This document shows, in pieces, positions 22,986 to 33,094 of a stretch of DNA of 64,000 nt. The DNA comes from an uncultured Thermoleophilia bacterium. Lineage in GTDB: Bacteria > Actinomycetota > Thermoleophilia > UBA2241. Position 1 is the stretch's first letter; the number at the start of each line of letters is the position of its first letter. A program made the position numbers and the translations under genes. Under the pieces are notes generated by a model. The model saw only the letters and a program-made list of their open reading frames with translations, had not been told where the DNA came from and made no database searches. The stretch spans positions 160,001-224,000 of the forward strand of contig CAVQSP010000013.1 in assembly GCA_963715985.1 (NCBI GenBank). The letters are read 5' to 3'.

Positions 22986-24179
22986 ATGAAGATCGCCGTC
23001 GTCGGCGCCGGCGCCATGGGCCGCTGGGCCGTGAAGGAGCTGGGCATCAGCCCCCAGGTGGAGGAGATCGTCGTCGGGGACTTCGACGAGGAGCAGGCGC
23101 GTGGCCGTGGCCGCCAGCCACGGCGGCGGCAAGGCCCGCGCCGTGCGTCGTGGATGCCCGCGACCGCGAGAGCGTGAAGGCGGCGATCGCCGGCTGCGAC
23201 GCCATGGTCAACGCCACGCAGCACTTCTGGAACATCGAGGTGATGCACGCCGCCGCCGCCGCCGGCGTGCACTACACGGACATGGGCGGCCTCTTCCACG
23301 TGACGAGGCAGCAGGTCGAGCTGGACGGGGAGTTCCGCGCCGCCGGCGTCACCGCCGTCATCGCCATGGGCGGCGCCCCCGGCGTCACCAACATCCTCGC
23401 CAAGTACGGGGCCGAGCAGCTCGACATGCGTGGAGGAGGCGCACGCCCTCTGCGGCAACGTCGACGCCACCGACTGGAGCAGCTACGAGGGCTGGCTGGT
23501 GCCGTACTCCCTGGAGACCCTCTGCGACGAGTTCAGCGTCGTCGCCCCGGAGTTCATCGAGGGCGCCTGGGTCATGGAGATCCGCGGCGGGCAGGGCGCG
23601 GAGGACGTCGACTTCGGCGAGCCGGCGGGGACGCTGGCGGCGCACTACACCATCCACTCGGAGCCCTTCACCTTCTGGCACACGTGGCAGGACAAGGGCC
23701 TGCGCAGCGCCACCTTCAAGCTCGCGCTGCCGGCCGAGTTCACGGCGCAGATGCGCTTCCTCGAGCGCATCGGGATGACGCGCACCGACGAGGTCGAGGT
23801 GCGCGGCGTGGCGGTGCGGCCGCGCGACGTGCTGCTCAAGGTGGTCGGCGAGATCGCGAAGCCGGAGGGCGTCGTGCTCGACGACGTCGACTACCTGCTC
23901 GGCGTCGTGCGCGGCCGCAAGGACGGGCGCCGGCTGGAGTGGCGCGTGCGCGCCACGGTGCCGGCGCACAAGGGCCACGGCGCCGGTGGCGGCGACGTGG
24001 ACACCGGCATCCCGCCGGCCATCGTCGCCAAGATGATGGCCTCCGGAGAGATCGCCGGGCCCGGCGTCTTCGTGCCCGAGCAGATCGTGCCCTGCGCGCG
24101 CTTCTTCGAGGAGCTCGCGCGCTGGGGCGCCACCGTGGACGCGCAGATGCGCGAGGTGCTCGCGGCGCCGGAGGGGTGA
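22986..24179 (+). CDS. Saccharopine dehydrogenase / lysine 6-dehydrogenase-like NAD(P)-dependent oxidoreductase (frameshifted)
   Basis: MKIAVVGAGAMG Rossmann motif, YTDMGG, MGGAPGVTN, YSLETLCDEF, HSEP, TGIPPAI, GVFVPE; AGAAAGGA RBS. Confidence 0.85.
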
Positions 24180-24208
24180 AGGCGACGCTTGTGCCCTTGG
24201 GCCGCGGG

Positions 24209-24940
24209 TCAGCCGGCGCCGAGCGTCGCGCCGGCCGGCCGCGACGCGTCACCCGGCACGTGATGACGGATCAGGCGTCCGAGGATGGTGAGTGAAGGCT
24301 GCGGATCGAAGCCGGACGGGTCCGAGAGCATCTGCATGGCCAGGCCGTCGGCGGCCGCGATCTGGAGGACGGCGAGGGCGTCCGCGTTGGCGGCCAGTGC
24401 GGGAACGCCGCTCTCGCGCAGCCCGGCGGCGATGACGCCCGTCAGCCAGCGGTCGTGCTCCGCCTGCATCTGCCGGAACTCGCGGCTCGCGCGATCATCA
24501 CCGGCAGGAGGTCGAAGAACGTGCGGAAGCTCGCCAAGTCCGAGAGCAGCTCGCTCGTGCCGCGCATGACGGCTTCTCCCGAGCAGTCGTGGCAGCGGTC
24601 GCCGGTGCCGCCGAGCAGCCGCGCCGGCGATCTTGCGCTGCTCGTGAACTGCGCATCCGGATCAGGGCCGTGATCAGGCCCTGCTTGTCACCGAAGTAGT
24701 ACGTGATCGACGAGCGGCGGCTCACCCGCCTCGCGGCCCACGGCTTCGAGCGTGAGCGCCTGGAACCCCCGCCTGCGGAGGACGGTGCGGGCGCCGCGCA
24801 CGAGCTTGCGCGCCACCGGGGGGAGATCGGCGAGGGGGTCCGGGCCGAGCGCCGCACCCAGGCCGTCCGTTGCCGGAGCGCGGGCACGCAGCGGTCTGCG
24901 CTCCACCGTGCACCGGCGCGGCACCGCGAGGGTCCGTCAC
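24209..24940 (-). CDS. TetR family regulator (frameshifted)
   Basis: Fragments ARKLVRGARTVLRRRGFQALTLEAVGREAG / SSITYYFGDKQGLI / AAADGLAMQMLSDP. Confidence 0.72.
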
Positions 24941-25612
24941 GCCTCGCCGAGCACGCCGCTGGTGAGCGAGACACACCGTGTCCTCCAGCAGCCGGTAGAC
25001 CGCGCGTCGTCGATCTCGTCGCGGCCGCACGAGAAGGCACACCGCCATGCCGTCACCGATGGCGAGCACGAGGCCAGCGAGCGCGATCAGCTGCGTCGGC
25101 ACTCAAGACCGGCGGCGGCAGAGGCAAGCGCCGGTGCAGGTCGCGATACGAGCGGTTGAGGTCGCAAGCTGCCGCCGCATGTCGGCTGCGGCGCGTGACG
25201 CTCGGCGAACAGGTCCATGTACATCTGCTGTTGTGTCACTGAGGTGTCCGAGGCGGCGCTGCGCATCGATGAGGGCGCTGGATGCGGCGCTCGCGACATC
25301 ATCGGGAAGCTTCTCGACGGAGTGGAAGAGCTCGACGTCGAGGTCGTGCCACAAGGGAGTCCACGAGCATGGACATAAGCGTGGCCTTGTTGCCGAAGTG
25401 GTAGATGCACCAGCGACTTGTGTTCGCCGGCCTCGGCGGCGACCCGCTGCAGAGTGACGCCGCTGAGTAGCCGTCGCGCTCGAGCACGCGCTGGGCCGCC
25501 GCGAGGATGCGCTGCCGCGGTGGGCGAGAGCTCGCTGAACACATAGTCGGCCGCGATGACACCCGGCCTGCCTGCCGGGCGTCTCGACGCGTACCTTGCG
25601 CTGGGTAGCCAT
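24937..25612 (-). CDS. TetR family regulator (heavily frameshifted)
   Basis: Fragments QRILAAAQRVLERDGYS / VTLQRVAAEAGEHKSLVH / YHFGNKATLM / LAIGDGMAV; start position uncertain. Confidence 0.68.
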
Positions 25613-25660
25613 GAGGCCGGCGGACTCCTTCGACGCACGACGCAGGAGGACGGGACTACC

Positions 25661-25688
25661 TTGACAACTCCGGGACGGGCCGTATCAT
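25661..25688 (+). promoter_or_regulatory. Sigma70/SigA-type promoter for the ABC importer operon
   Basis: TTGACA (25661-25666), 16 nt, TATCAT (25683-25688). Confidence 0.7.
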
Positions 25689-25702
25689 ACCGCACATCTG
25701 GT

Positions 25703-25742
25703 TTGACCGGTCAACCAAGAACCGTCGGCGTTGACCGGTGAG
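25703..25742. promoter_or_regulatory. Putative TetR operator pair
   Basis: Perfect palindrome TTGACCGGTCAA (25703-25714) and near copy TTGACCGGTGAG (25731-25742), just downstream of the -10 box. Confidence 0.6.
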
Positions 25743-25876
25743 CGGCGGCTGTGAGGAGCGCGGTATCACGTGCTTCGTGACCACTCTCGGCGGCACAAGC
25801 CGGCGGCGAGGACTGCCGTGGCCGGCGCGTCGCGCGGACCACCCACACGCAAGGGGGAAAACGAGTGACTCATTCG

Positions 25877-27203
25877 ATGAAATCCCAAGAAGGCATGACC
25901 CGTCGCGAGGTCGTGTTCGCCGGCGCCGCCGGCGTCGCCGGTCTCGCGATCGGCGGCGGGGTCGTCGGCGCGCTCACCAGCGGCGGCAGCAGCAGCAGCT
26001 CGGACTACGGGTACCACCAAGAACACCTCGCCGATCACCATCGGCGGCGCCTTCCCGCTCACCGGCGTGTCGGCCGGCGACGGCGTGGAGGCCAAGCGCG
26101 CCCTCGAGATGGCCGCCAAGGACCTCAACGACGCCGGCGGCGTGCTCGGGCGCAAGGTCGAGACGGTGGCGCTCGACATCGAGAGCGACCTCGTCCCCGA
26201 CAAGATCCGCAACGTGCTGCAGCGTCTCGTCAACGAGAACAACGTGGCCATGGTGTCCATGGTCTTCTGCGACTACGTCAACAGCGCCTGGGACCCGGTG
26301 GTCACCAAGGGCGTGCCGCTCTTCCACGTGAACGCCTCCATCGTCAACACGGGCTGGGTGGCGGAAGACCCCGCGAAGCGCGGCATGATCTTCGAGTCGT
26401 GCCCCAACGAGACGCACTACGGCCCCAACCTCGTCGGTCTGCTCGCCCGCATCCAGGAGAGCGGCAAGTGGACGCCCAAGAAGAAGACGGTCGCCATCGC
26501 CACGAGCACCGACCCCTACTCCCTCCTCATCGCCAACAACTTCCGCGACGGCATCCAGAAAGAGGGCTGGAACGTCGTCGTGTTCGAGAAGGTCACAGCG
26601 CCGCTGTCCGAGTGGGGCCCGGTGCTCTGCCAAGATCCGCGCCGCGTGCCGGATCTGGTCGTGAACACCGACTGGCTGGCCACCGATCTGGCGGCCTTCA
26701 CCAAGCAGTTCATGGGCTCGCCCACCCCGTCGCTCGTGTACGAGCAGTTCGGGCCGTCCACGCCGGAGTACCTGGAGCTGGCCGGCGACGCCGCCAACGG
26801 CGTCATCTGGTCGACCACCATCGGCGTCCTGCCCGACAAGATGGGCGATGACTTCCGCGCCCGCTTCGACGAGACCTACGGCGTCAAGATGGGCTTCAGC
26901 ACCGCAGGCGCCATCTACGATCAGGTGATGCTCTGGGCGCAGGCCGCCGGCATGGCCGGTGACGCCGAGGACTACCCGTCGGTGGTGAACTGGATCAAAT
27001 CCGGCATCCACCGCGGCATCGTCGGCACGGAGCACTTCGACACGGCGGACAACCAGGCGTACTCGTACCCGTCCGACATCGCCGACCCGAGCCTCGCCAT
27101 GCCGCTGCTCTCCTTCCAGATCCAGGACCTCCAGCAGATCTGCATCGACCCGTTCCCGTATCCGACGGGCACGTTCCAGCTGCCGCCGCAACTCGGAGGG
27201 TGA
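25877..27203 (+). CDS. Liv/HAAT-type ABC substrate-binding protein with twin-arginine signal (frameshift near 26010)
   Basis: MTRREVVFAGAAG Tat-like signal; ITIGGAFPLTG..AGDG, LNDAGGVLGRKVE, LAGDAANGVIW. Confidence 0.85.
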
Positions 27204-28012
27204 GAGCCGCGGTGACGGCGATCCTCGAGACCGAAGGGCTGACCAAGCGCTTCGGCGCTCTCGCGGCCGTGGACGCGGTCGACTGCGAAGTCGTGCAGGG
27301 CGAGGTGTTCGGCATCGCGGGGCCCAACGGGGCGGGCAAGACGACGCTCTTCGACGTGATCAGCGGGCACGCTCGCGCCACCGACGGCGTCGTGCGCTTC
27401 AAAGGGCAGGAGATCCAGCGCCTGCCGGCGTACACGATCTGCCACATGGGCATGGCGCGCACGTACCAGGTGGCCTCAGTGCTGACCACGCAGACGGTGC
27501 TCGGCAACATCGTGTTGGCCTCGTACTTCGGCCACAAGAAGCGCTCCTGGGCCGGCATGAGCTACGACGCCGAGCGCGTGAGCGCGCGGAGGAGGCCGCC
27601 GCGTTCGTCGGCCTGCAGGACGCGCTCGCCGACCCCGGCGAGCTCCTCTCGGCGTTCGACCGCAAGCGCGTCATGTTCGCCGCGGCTCTCGCGACGCGGC
27701 CGGATCTCCTGCTCCTGGACGAGCCGGCCGGCGGCCTCAGTGACGAGGAATGCGTGCATCTCATCGACCTGATCCGGCGCGTCAAGGCGGCAGGGCACGA
27801 CGGTCATGATCGTGGAGCACGTCATGAGCGTGCTCATGACGGTCTCAGACCGCGTCATGATGATGCACCAGGGCGCCAAGTTCTTCGTCGGCACGCCGAA
27901 GGAGGTCCAGGCGAACCCGGAGGTCATCAAGGTGTACCTGGGCAACGTCGGCGTTGAGGCCGGCATCACGCTGGAGGAGCTCGGCTCGCTGCCGGAGGTG
28001 CACGATGCTTGA
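27200..28012 (+). CDS. ABC ATP-binding protein, LivG-like (frameshifted)
   Basis: LTKRFGALAAV, GPNGAGKTTLF, LLLLDEPAGGL, IVEHVM, GTPKEVQANPEVIKVYLG. Confidence 0.88.
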
Positions 28013-28715
28013 GGTCACCAATCTCAGCGCCGGCTACGGCGCGGCGACGGTGCTCGAGGACGTGAGCATCTCGGTCGACGAGGGCAAGTTCGTCGTGCTC
28101 ACCGGCCCCAACGGTCACGGCAAGACCACGTTGCTGCGCGTCCTGAGCGGCCTTCTGCCCGTGAACCGCGGGGAGATCCAGTTCCTCGGCGAACGGCTCA
28201 ACGGCCGGTCCGCGGCCACCATCGTGGCCCGCGGCATGGTCCACATCCCCCAGGGCGACCTGCTGTTCGTCGACCTCACGGTGGAGCAGAACCTCTACAT
28301 GGGGGCTTACCTGCGGGACGCCTGGAAGGGCCGTCGCGAGCGCATCCGGCGCGTCTACGAGCTGTTCCCGCGGCTCGAGGAGCGGCGCACCCAGCAGGCG
28401 AGGACGCTGTCGGGCGGCGAGCGCCGCATGCTCGGCATCGGGCGCGGCCTCATGAGCAACGCCAAGATGCTCATGGTCGACGAACCGGCGCTCGGGCTCG
28501 CGCCCGTGCTCGTGCAGGAGGTCTACGCGACCCTCGACCGGATCGCCCGCAGCGAGGCCACCGTGCTGCTCGTCGAGGAGACGCTGGCCAACGCCAAGGA
28601 TATCGCCGACTACGTCTACCTCATGGACACCGGGCGCATCGTCCACGAAGGCACGATGGCGGAGTTCGGCGCCGACGTGCTCGCCTCGACCTATCTCGGC
28701 AGCAAGGAGGGCTGA
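28005..28715 (+). CDS. ABC ATP-binding protein, LivF-like
   Basis: GPNGHGKTT, LFPRLEERR.Q.A.TLSGGE, DEPALGLAP, YLG. Confidence 0.92.
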   Translation: MLEVTNLSAGYGAATVLEDVSISVDEGKFVVLTGPNGHGKTTLLRVLSGLLPVNRGEIQFLGERLNGRSAATIVARGMVHIPQGDLLFVDLTVEQNLYMGAYLRDAWKGRRERIRRVYELFPRLEERRTQQARTLSGGERRMLGIGRGLMSNAKMLMVDEPALGLAPVLVQEVYATLDRIARSEATVLLVEETLANAKDIADYVYLMDTGRIVHEGTMAEFGADVLASTYLGSKEG

Positions 28716-28718
28716 CGC

Positions 28719-29607
28719 ATGGAGACTCTGATACAAGCCCTCATCAGCGGCCTCGTCTTCGGTGCCATCTACGCGATCATGACGATGGGCCTGACGCTCG
28801 TGTACGGGTGCCTGCGCACCCTCAACATGGCGCAGGGCGCGTTCGGCATGGTCGGCGGCTACGCCGCCTGGGTCATTACCACGAACATGGGCGCGCCGAC
28901 CTGTGGTCGGGCTTGTCGTCGGCGCACTCGCGGCCGCCGGCATCGGCATCCTCACCCACTTCATCTCGATCAAGCCGCTGGTGGGCCGCAAGGACATCGA
29001 CTTCGAGATGACGGCGTACATCTCCACGCTGGTCGTGGCGATCATGTTCTCGGCCGCGATCATCCTCTTGTTCGGGGCCCGCAACAAGGCGATCGACCCG
29101 CTCATCGAGGGCCGACTCAAGGTGTTCGGCACCGTCACCGTGGCCTGGCAGCAGGTGGCCGTCGCGGCGGTCGCATTCATCTGTCTCGGCGGCCTGAGCC
29201 TGCTGCTCAGCCGCTCGCGCCAGGGGCTTTCGATCATGGCGGTTGCCCAGCAGTTCGACGCGGCCAAGCTCATGGGTGTGCCCGCCGGTCGTGTCTACTG
29301 GGTCACGATGGCTCTGGCCGGCCTGCTCGGGGGCATTGCCGGCGTGCTTCTTGCGCCGCTCTACTTCGTCTCGCCCTCGGCCGGCGACTTGCCCATCCTC
29401 AAGGGACTCACGGTGGCGGTCGTCGCCGGCCTCGGCAGCATCCGCGGCACCATCTACGCGGCCTTCATCATCGGCCTCATCGAAGCGCTGGTCGCCACCT
29501 ACCTGGGGAGCCTGTGGGCCCTGCCGGTGCTCTTCGCCCTCATCGTGGTGTTCATGATCGTGCGGCCCTACGGGCTGTTCGGCAAGCCCGAGGAGGAGCG
29601 GCTGTGA
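28719..29607 (+). CDS. ABC permease, LivH-like (frameshift near 28900)
   Basis: GAIYAIMTMGLTLVYG..LNMAQG; AAKLMGV; VVAGLGSIRG; VRPYGLFG. Confidence 0.88.
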
Positions 29608-31040
29608 GCGACACGACCCCGTCCGCCTCGGCCAAAGCCAGACTCTCCAGGCAGCTGACCTGGAGCAAGACGCCCATCGTCCCCACCATCATCGTGGTCA
29701 TCGTGCTGGCCTTCCTCCCGCTCGTGTGGCGCAACGACTACATCATCAGCCTCTTGGTACTGATGCTGCTGTTCTCGATCATGACCCAGAGTTGGAACCT
29801 CACAATCGGCATGTGCGGCATCTGGAACTTCGGCCAGCTGGCGATCATCGCCATCGGCGGCTACGCCACCGGCCTGCTCACCATCAAGCTCGGCTGGTCG
29901 GCCTGGCTGGCGCTTCCGGGCGGCATCGTCGCCGGCGGTCTGGCCGCCGTGATCATGGTGCTTCCCAGCATCCGTCTGCGCGGCATCTACGCCTCCATGC
30001 TCACGTTCGCGTTCGCGGAGGTCGTGCGCCTGCTGATCATCGCAGACAGCAGCGGCTTCACCGGCGGTCCGTTCGGGCTCAACGGCGTCACGGGGCTGTT
30101 CGACAACCTCTCGTCCTCCGCGAGCCTGCGCGCCTACTTCTGGCTCTGCCTCGTCCTCTGTGCGGTCGTGATGCTCCTCGTGCACCGCATGATGAATTCG
30201 CCGTTCGGCATGGGCCTCGTGAGCCTCAGGGAGTCCATCCGCTTCTCCATCGGCATGGGCATCAACCGGCGCGTGCAGTTCGTCATGGCGACCCTCATCT
30301 CCGGCCTCATCGCCGGTCTTGCCGGGGGCCTGTACGCGACCTTCTACCACGGCATCACGCCGAGCTCCATGGGGCTCGGTCCAATGGGCCTCCTCGTCAT
30401 CATGGTCGTGGTCGGGGGTCTGGGCACGGTGCGCGGACCCATCATCGGCGCCTTCGCCGTCACCATCCTCAGCGAGTTGCTGCGCGACACGGTGATGTGG
30501 CGGCTCGTCGTGCAGGGGGCGCTGCTTCTTCTCGTGCTCGCCTTCTTCCCGGCGGGCATCGACGGCTTCCTGCAGCGGAGCTACAACAAGATCCTCGTGT
30601 GGATGAATGCTGGGCAGGCGGGCGGCCAGACCGGGCCGGAGGCGGCGGTAGCGACTGCCGGCGCGCCTTCGGCTGCGACCGGCTCGGCCGCGGCAGCGTC
30701 GCCGGGCGGTGATGCTGCCGCATCCGCTGGAGGGACCGCCGCGGTGACCGCGGCCGCGGTCGCGGACCATCCGCCGCTGGAGAAGAAGCAGGGCCGCTTC
30801 ATGACGTGGCTCAACGCGGACCAGCCCAAGGCGGACGAGAAGCCCGGGGCCGGCAAGACGGCCGCTGTGGAGACGGCGGCTGCGCAGGTCGAGGCTCCGG
30901 CTCTAAAGCCCGAATCTCCGGCTCCGCAGGCGGCCGCGGGGAAGCCGGCCAAGAAGCAGGGCCGCTTCATGACGTGGCTCAACGCCGATCAGCCGAAGCC
31001 GGACCAGAAACCCGACGGCTCGGGCGTCGACAAGGACTGA
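29604..31040 (+). CDS. ABC permease, LivM-like, with repeat-containing C-terminal extension
   Basis: SWNLTIGMCGIWNFGQ, RLRGIY..LTFAFAE, TGGPFG, VVGGLGTVRGP, PAGI; about 150 aa extra tail. Confidence 0.88.
   Translation: MSDTTPSASAKARLSRQLTWSKTPIVPTIIVVIVLAFLPLVWRNDYIISLLVLMLLFSIMTQSWNLTIGMCGIWNFGQLAIIAIGGYATGLLTIKLGWSAWLALPGGIVAGGLAAVIMVLPSIRLRGIYASMLTFAFAEVVRLLIIADSSGFTGGPFGLNGVTGLFDNLSSSASLRAYFWLCLVLCAVVMLLVHRMMNSPFGMGLVSLRESIRFSIGMGINRRVQFVMATLISGLIAGLAGGLYATFYHGITPSSMGLGPMGLLVIMVVVGGLGTVRGPIIGAFAVTILSELLRDTVMWRLVVQGALLLLVLAFFPAGIDGFLQRSYNKILVWMNAGQAGGQTGPEAAVATAGAPSAATGSAAAASPGGDAAASAGGTAAVTAAAVADHPPLEKKQGRFMTWLNADQPKADEKPGAGKTAAVETAAAQVEAPALKPESPAPQAAAGKPAKKQGRFMTWLNADQPKPDQKPDGSGVDKD
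30783..30998 (+). repeat. 48-bp direct repeat, two copies, encoding KKQGRFMTWLNADQPK
   Basis: Copies at 30783-30830 and 30951-30998, differing only at synonymous positions. Confidence 0.85.
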
Positions 31041-31046
31041 CCAGCA

Positions 31047-31077
31047 CGACGGCGGGGCGCGGTGCGCCCCGCCGTCG
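31047..31077 (+). terminator. Hairpin terminator after the ABC importer operon
   Basis: CGACGGCGGGGCGC-GGT-GCGCCCCGCCGTCG, 14-bp stem immediately after the stop codon. Confidence 0.65.
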
Positions 31078-31183
31078 CTCCTCCCTCGAGCCGGTCGTCC
31101 TTTCCATCCGCGGGCCGGTGCCCGTTGTCCCTCGAGGACAGGCGGGCGATACTGCGGCCAGACCCACCTGAAGGGAGACCCAG

Positions 31184-32022
31184 ATGTCCAAGCGCACTGC
31201 GTGGACCCTGGCGCCGTCGCCGTCGCCGTCTTCGTGGCTGCGGCCGCCCTGGCCGCAAGCGGTCTGGCGGCGTCCCCGTCGGGCTCGGGCTCGCGCTCGC
31301 CGGCGGCCGCGGCCGTCAAGACCATCAGCTACTCACGGGTGGTGGAGCTCAGCCAGCCCATCTCCACCAGGATCCCCCTGTGGCCGGGCGACCCCAAGGT
31401 CGTCGTCAAGACCGTCGCGACGATGAAGAAGGACGGCTACTTCCTGAGGAAGTTCACCATCGGCGAGCACAGCGCCACGCACATGAACGCGGCCAACAGC
31501 TTCATCGAGGGCGACAGGACGGCGATCACCGACTACCCGGCGGAGCAGCGTGTGGTGCCGGCAGCGGTGATCGACGTCAGCGCCAAGTGCGCCGCGAACG
31601 CCGACTACCAGCTCACGCAGCAGGACGTGCTGGACTGGGAGGCGCAGCACGGGCGCATCGACGCGGGCACCTTCGTCATCATGCTGACCGGCTGGGAGGA
31701 CAAGTGGGGCAGCCCCAAGGCGTTCATCAACCAGGACGCCAAGGGGAACCTGCACTTCCCGGGCTTCGCCGGCGCCACCTCGGCGTGGCTGCTCAGCGAC
31801 CGCCACGTCGCGGGCGTGGGCATCGACACGCACGGTGTCGACCCTGGTCTGGACACGACCTACGCGACCAACACGGCCATGGCCGAGGCGCACAAGCTCG
31901 TGCTGGAGTGCATGGGGCACCTCGACCAGCTGCCGGCCACGGGCGCGACGCTGGTGCTGGCTCCGCTTCAGCTGAGGGGAGGGTCGGGCTCGCCGCTGAG
32001 CGTCGTCGCACTGGTTCCGTGA
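31184..32022 (+). CDS. Cyclase family (kynurenine formamidase/isatin hydrolase-like) protein with signal peptide; frameshift in the signal region
   Basis: ELSQPI..IPLWPGDP, GEHSATHMNA, TGW, HFPGF, GVGIDTHGVD, LE, GGSGSP. Confidence 0.85.
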
Positions 32023-32121
32023 TCTCTGCGCCGGAGAGATGACCGTTTTGCCCGGGCCGTGCGGTGGGACCATGCAGTAACTGAGTCACCGCGTGAGTGG
32101 TGTCGCGGGGAGGAGGTCCAC

Positions 32122-33010
32122 GTGAGCACTCGTGTCCTCGTGACCGGCGCCTCCGGGCGGGCCGGCAAGGAGATGGTGAGGGAACTCGCGGCCGCGGGGG
32201 TCAAGGTGCGGGCCGCTCTGCACTACCCCGATCACGACGCCGAGTCGAGGGCGTCGGCGGTGGACTACGTCGAGGTGGACTTCGAACGTCCGGAGACGCT
32301 GGAGACGGCCTTCCGCGACGTGGACAGGGCCGTGCTCATCACGCCCGAGGAGACCACGATGGTCGCCATGACGGCGTCGCTCGTGGGCGCCGCCGAGCGG
32401 GCAGGCGTGCGGCGCCTGGTACGCGTGTCGTTTCTGCACGCCGGCGAGGGGGCGGGCGGGCGGCTGCTGGCGTGGCACCGCGAGGCGGAGCAGCATCGTG
32501 ACGGCCTCGTCCATCCCGTCCACCATCCTGCGGCCCAACTCGTACATGCAGAACTTCATCACCATGTACGCGCCCAGCATCCTCGTGCGCGGCGCCTTCT
32601 TCACGCCCATGGGCGCCGGGCGCATCAGCTACATCGACGCCCGCGACGTGGCCGATGCGGCCGTCAGAGTGCTGCTCGACGAGGGTCACGACGGCGCCGC
32701 TTACGAGCTCACCGGTCCCGAGTCGCTCTCCCACGAGGAGATCGCCGCAGTGCTGAGCCGCGAGAGCGGCCACGACATCAAGTACGTCGACATCGGCCAG
32801 GACGATGCCTGCGCCGCCCTGCACCGGCGCGGCGCCTCCGAGGAGCTCATCGAGGCGCTGTGCGAGCTGTGGCTGGCCATGCGGCATGGGGAGTTCGCGG
32901 CCGCCGAGCCGGGCCTGGAAGGCCTGCTCGGGCGGCCGCCGCGGCGCTTCACCGACTTCGTGCGCGAGCACGCCGCGGAGGTGAAGGTGTCGCCGACGGC
33001 GAGAATCTGA
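32122..33010 (+). CDS. NmrA-like / atypical SDR NAD(P)-binding protein (frameshift near 32495)
   Basis: VLVTGASGRAG, TILRPNSYMQN, ISYIDARDVA, YELTGPESLS; GGAGGAGG RBS. Confidence 0.88.
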
Positions 33011-33094
33011 AGGGTCCTGCCCGGCGCGAGCGACTGTGCCGCCGGGCCTCCCACCGCCGAGCCGCCTCGTCCGGCGCGCCGTCCTCGGCCTGTC

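Noticed and set aside
28719-31040. Apparent LivH-LivM fusion (773 aa ORF)
   Set aside because: Most of LivH lies in frame 28903..29607 with its own stop; the joining segment is out-of-frame nonsense.
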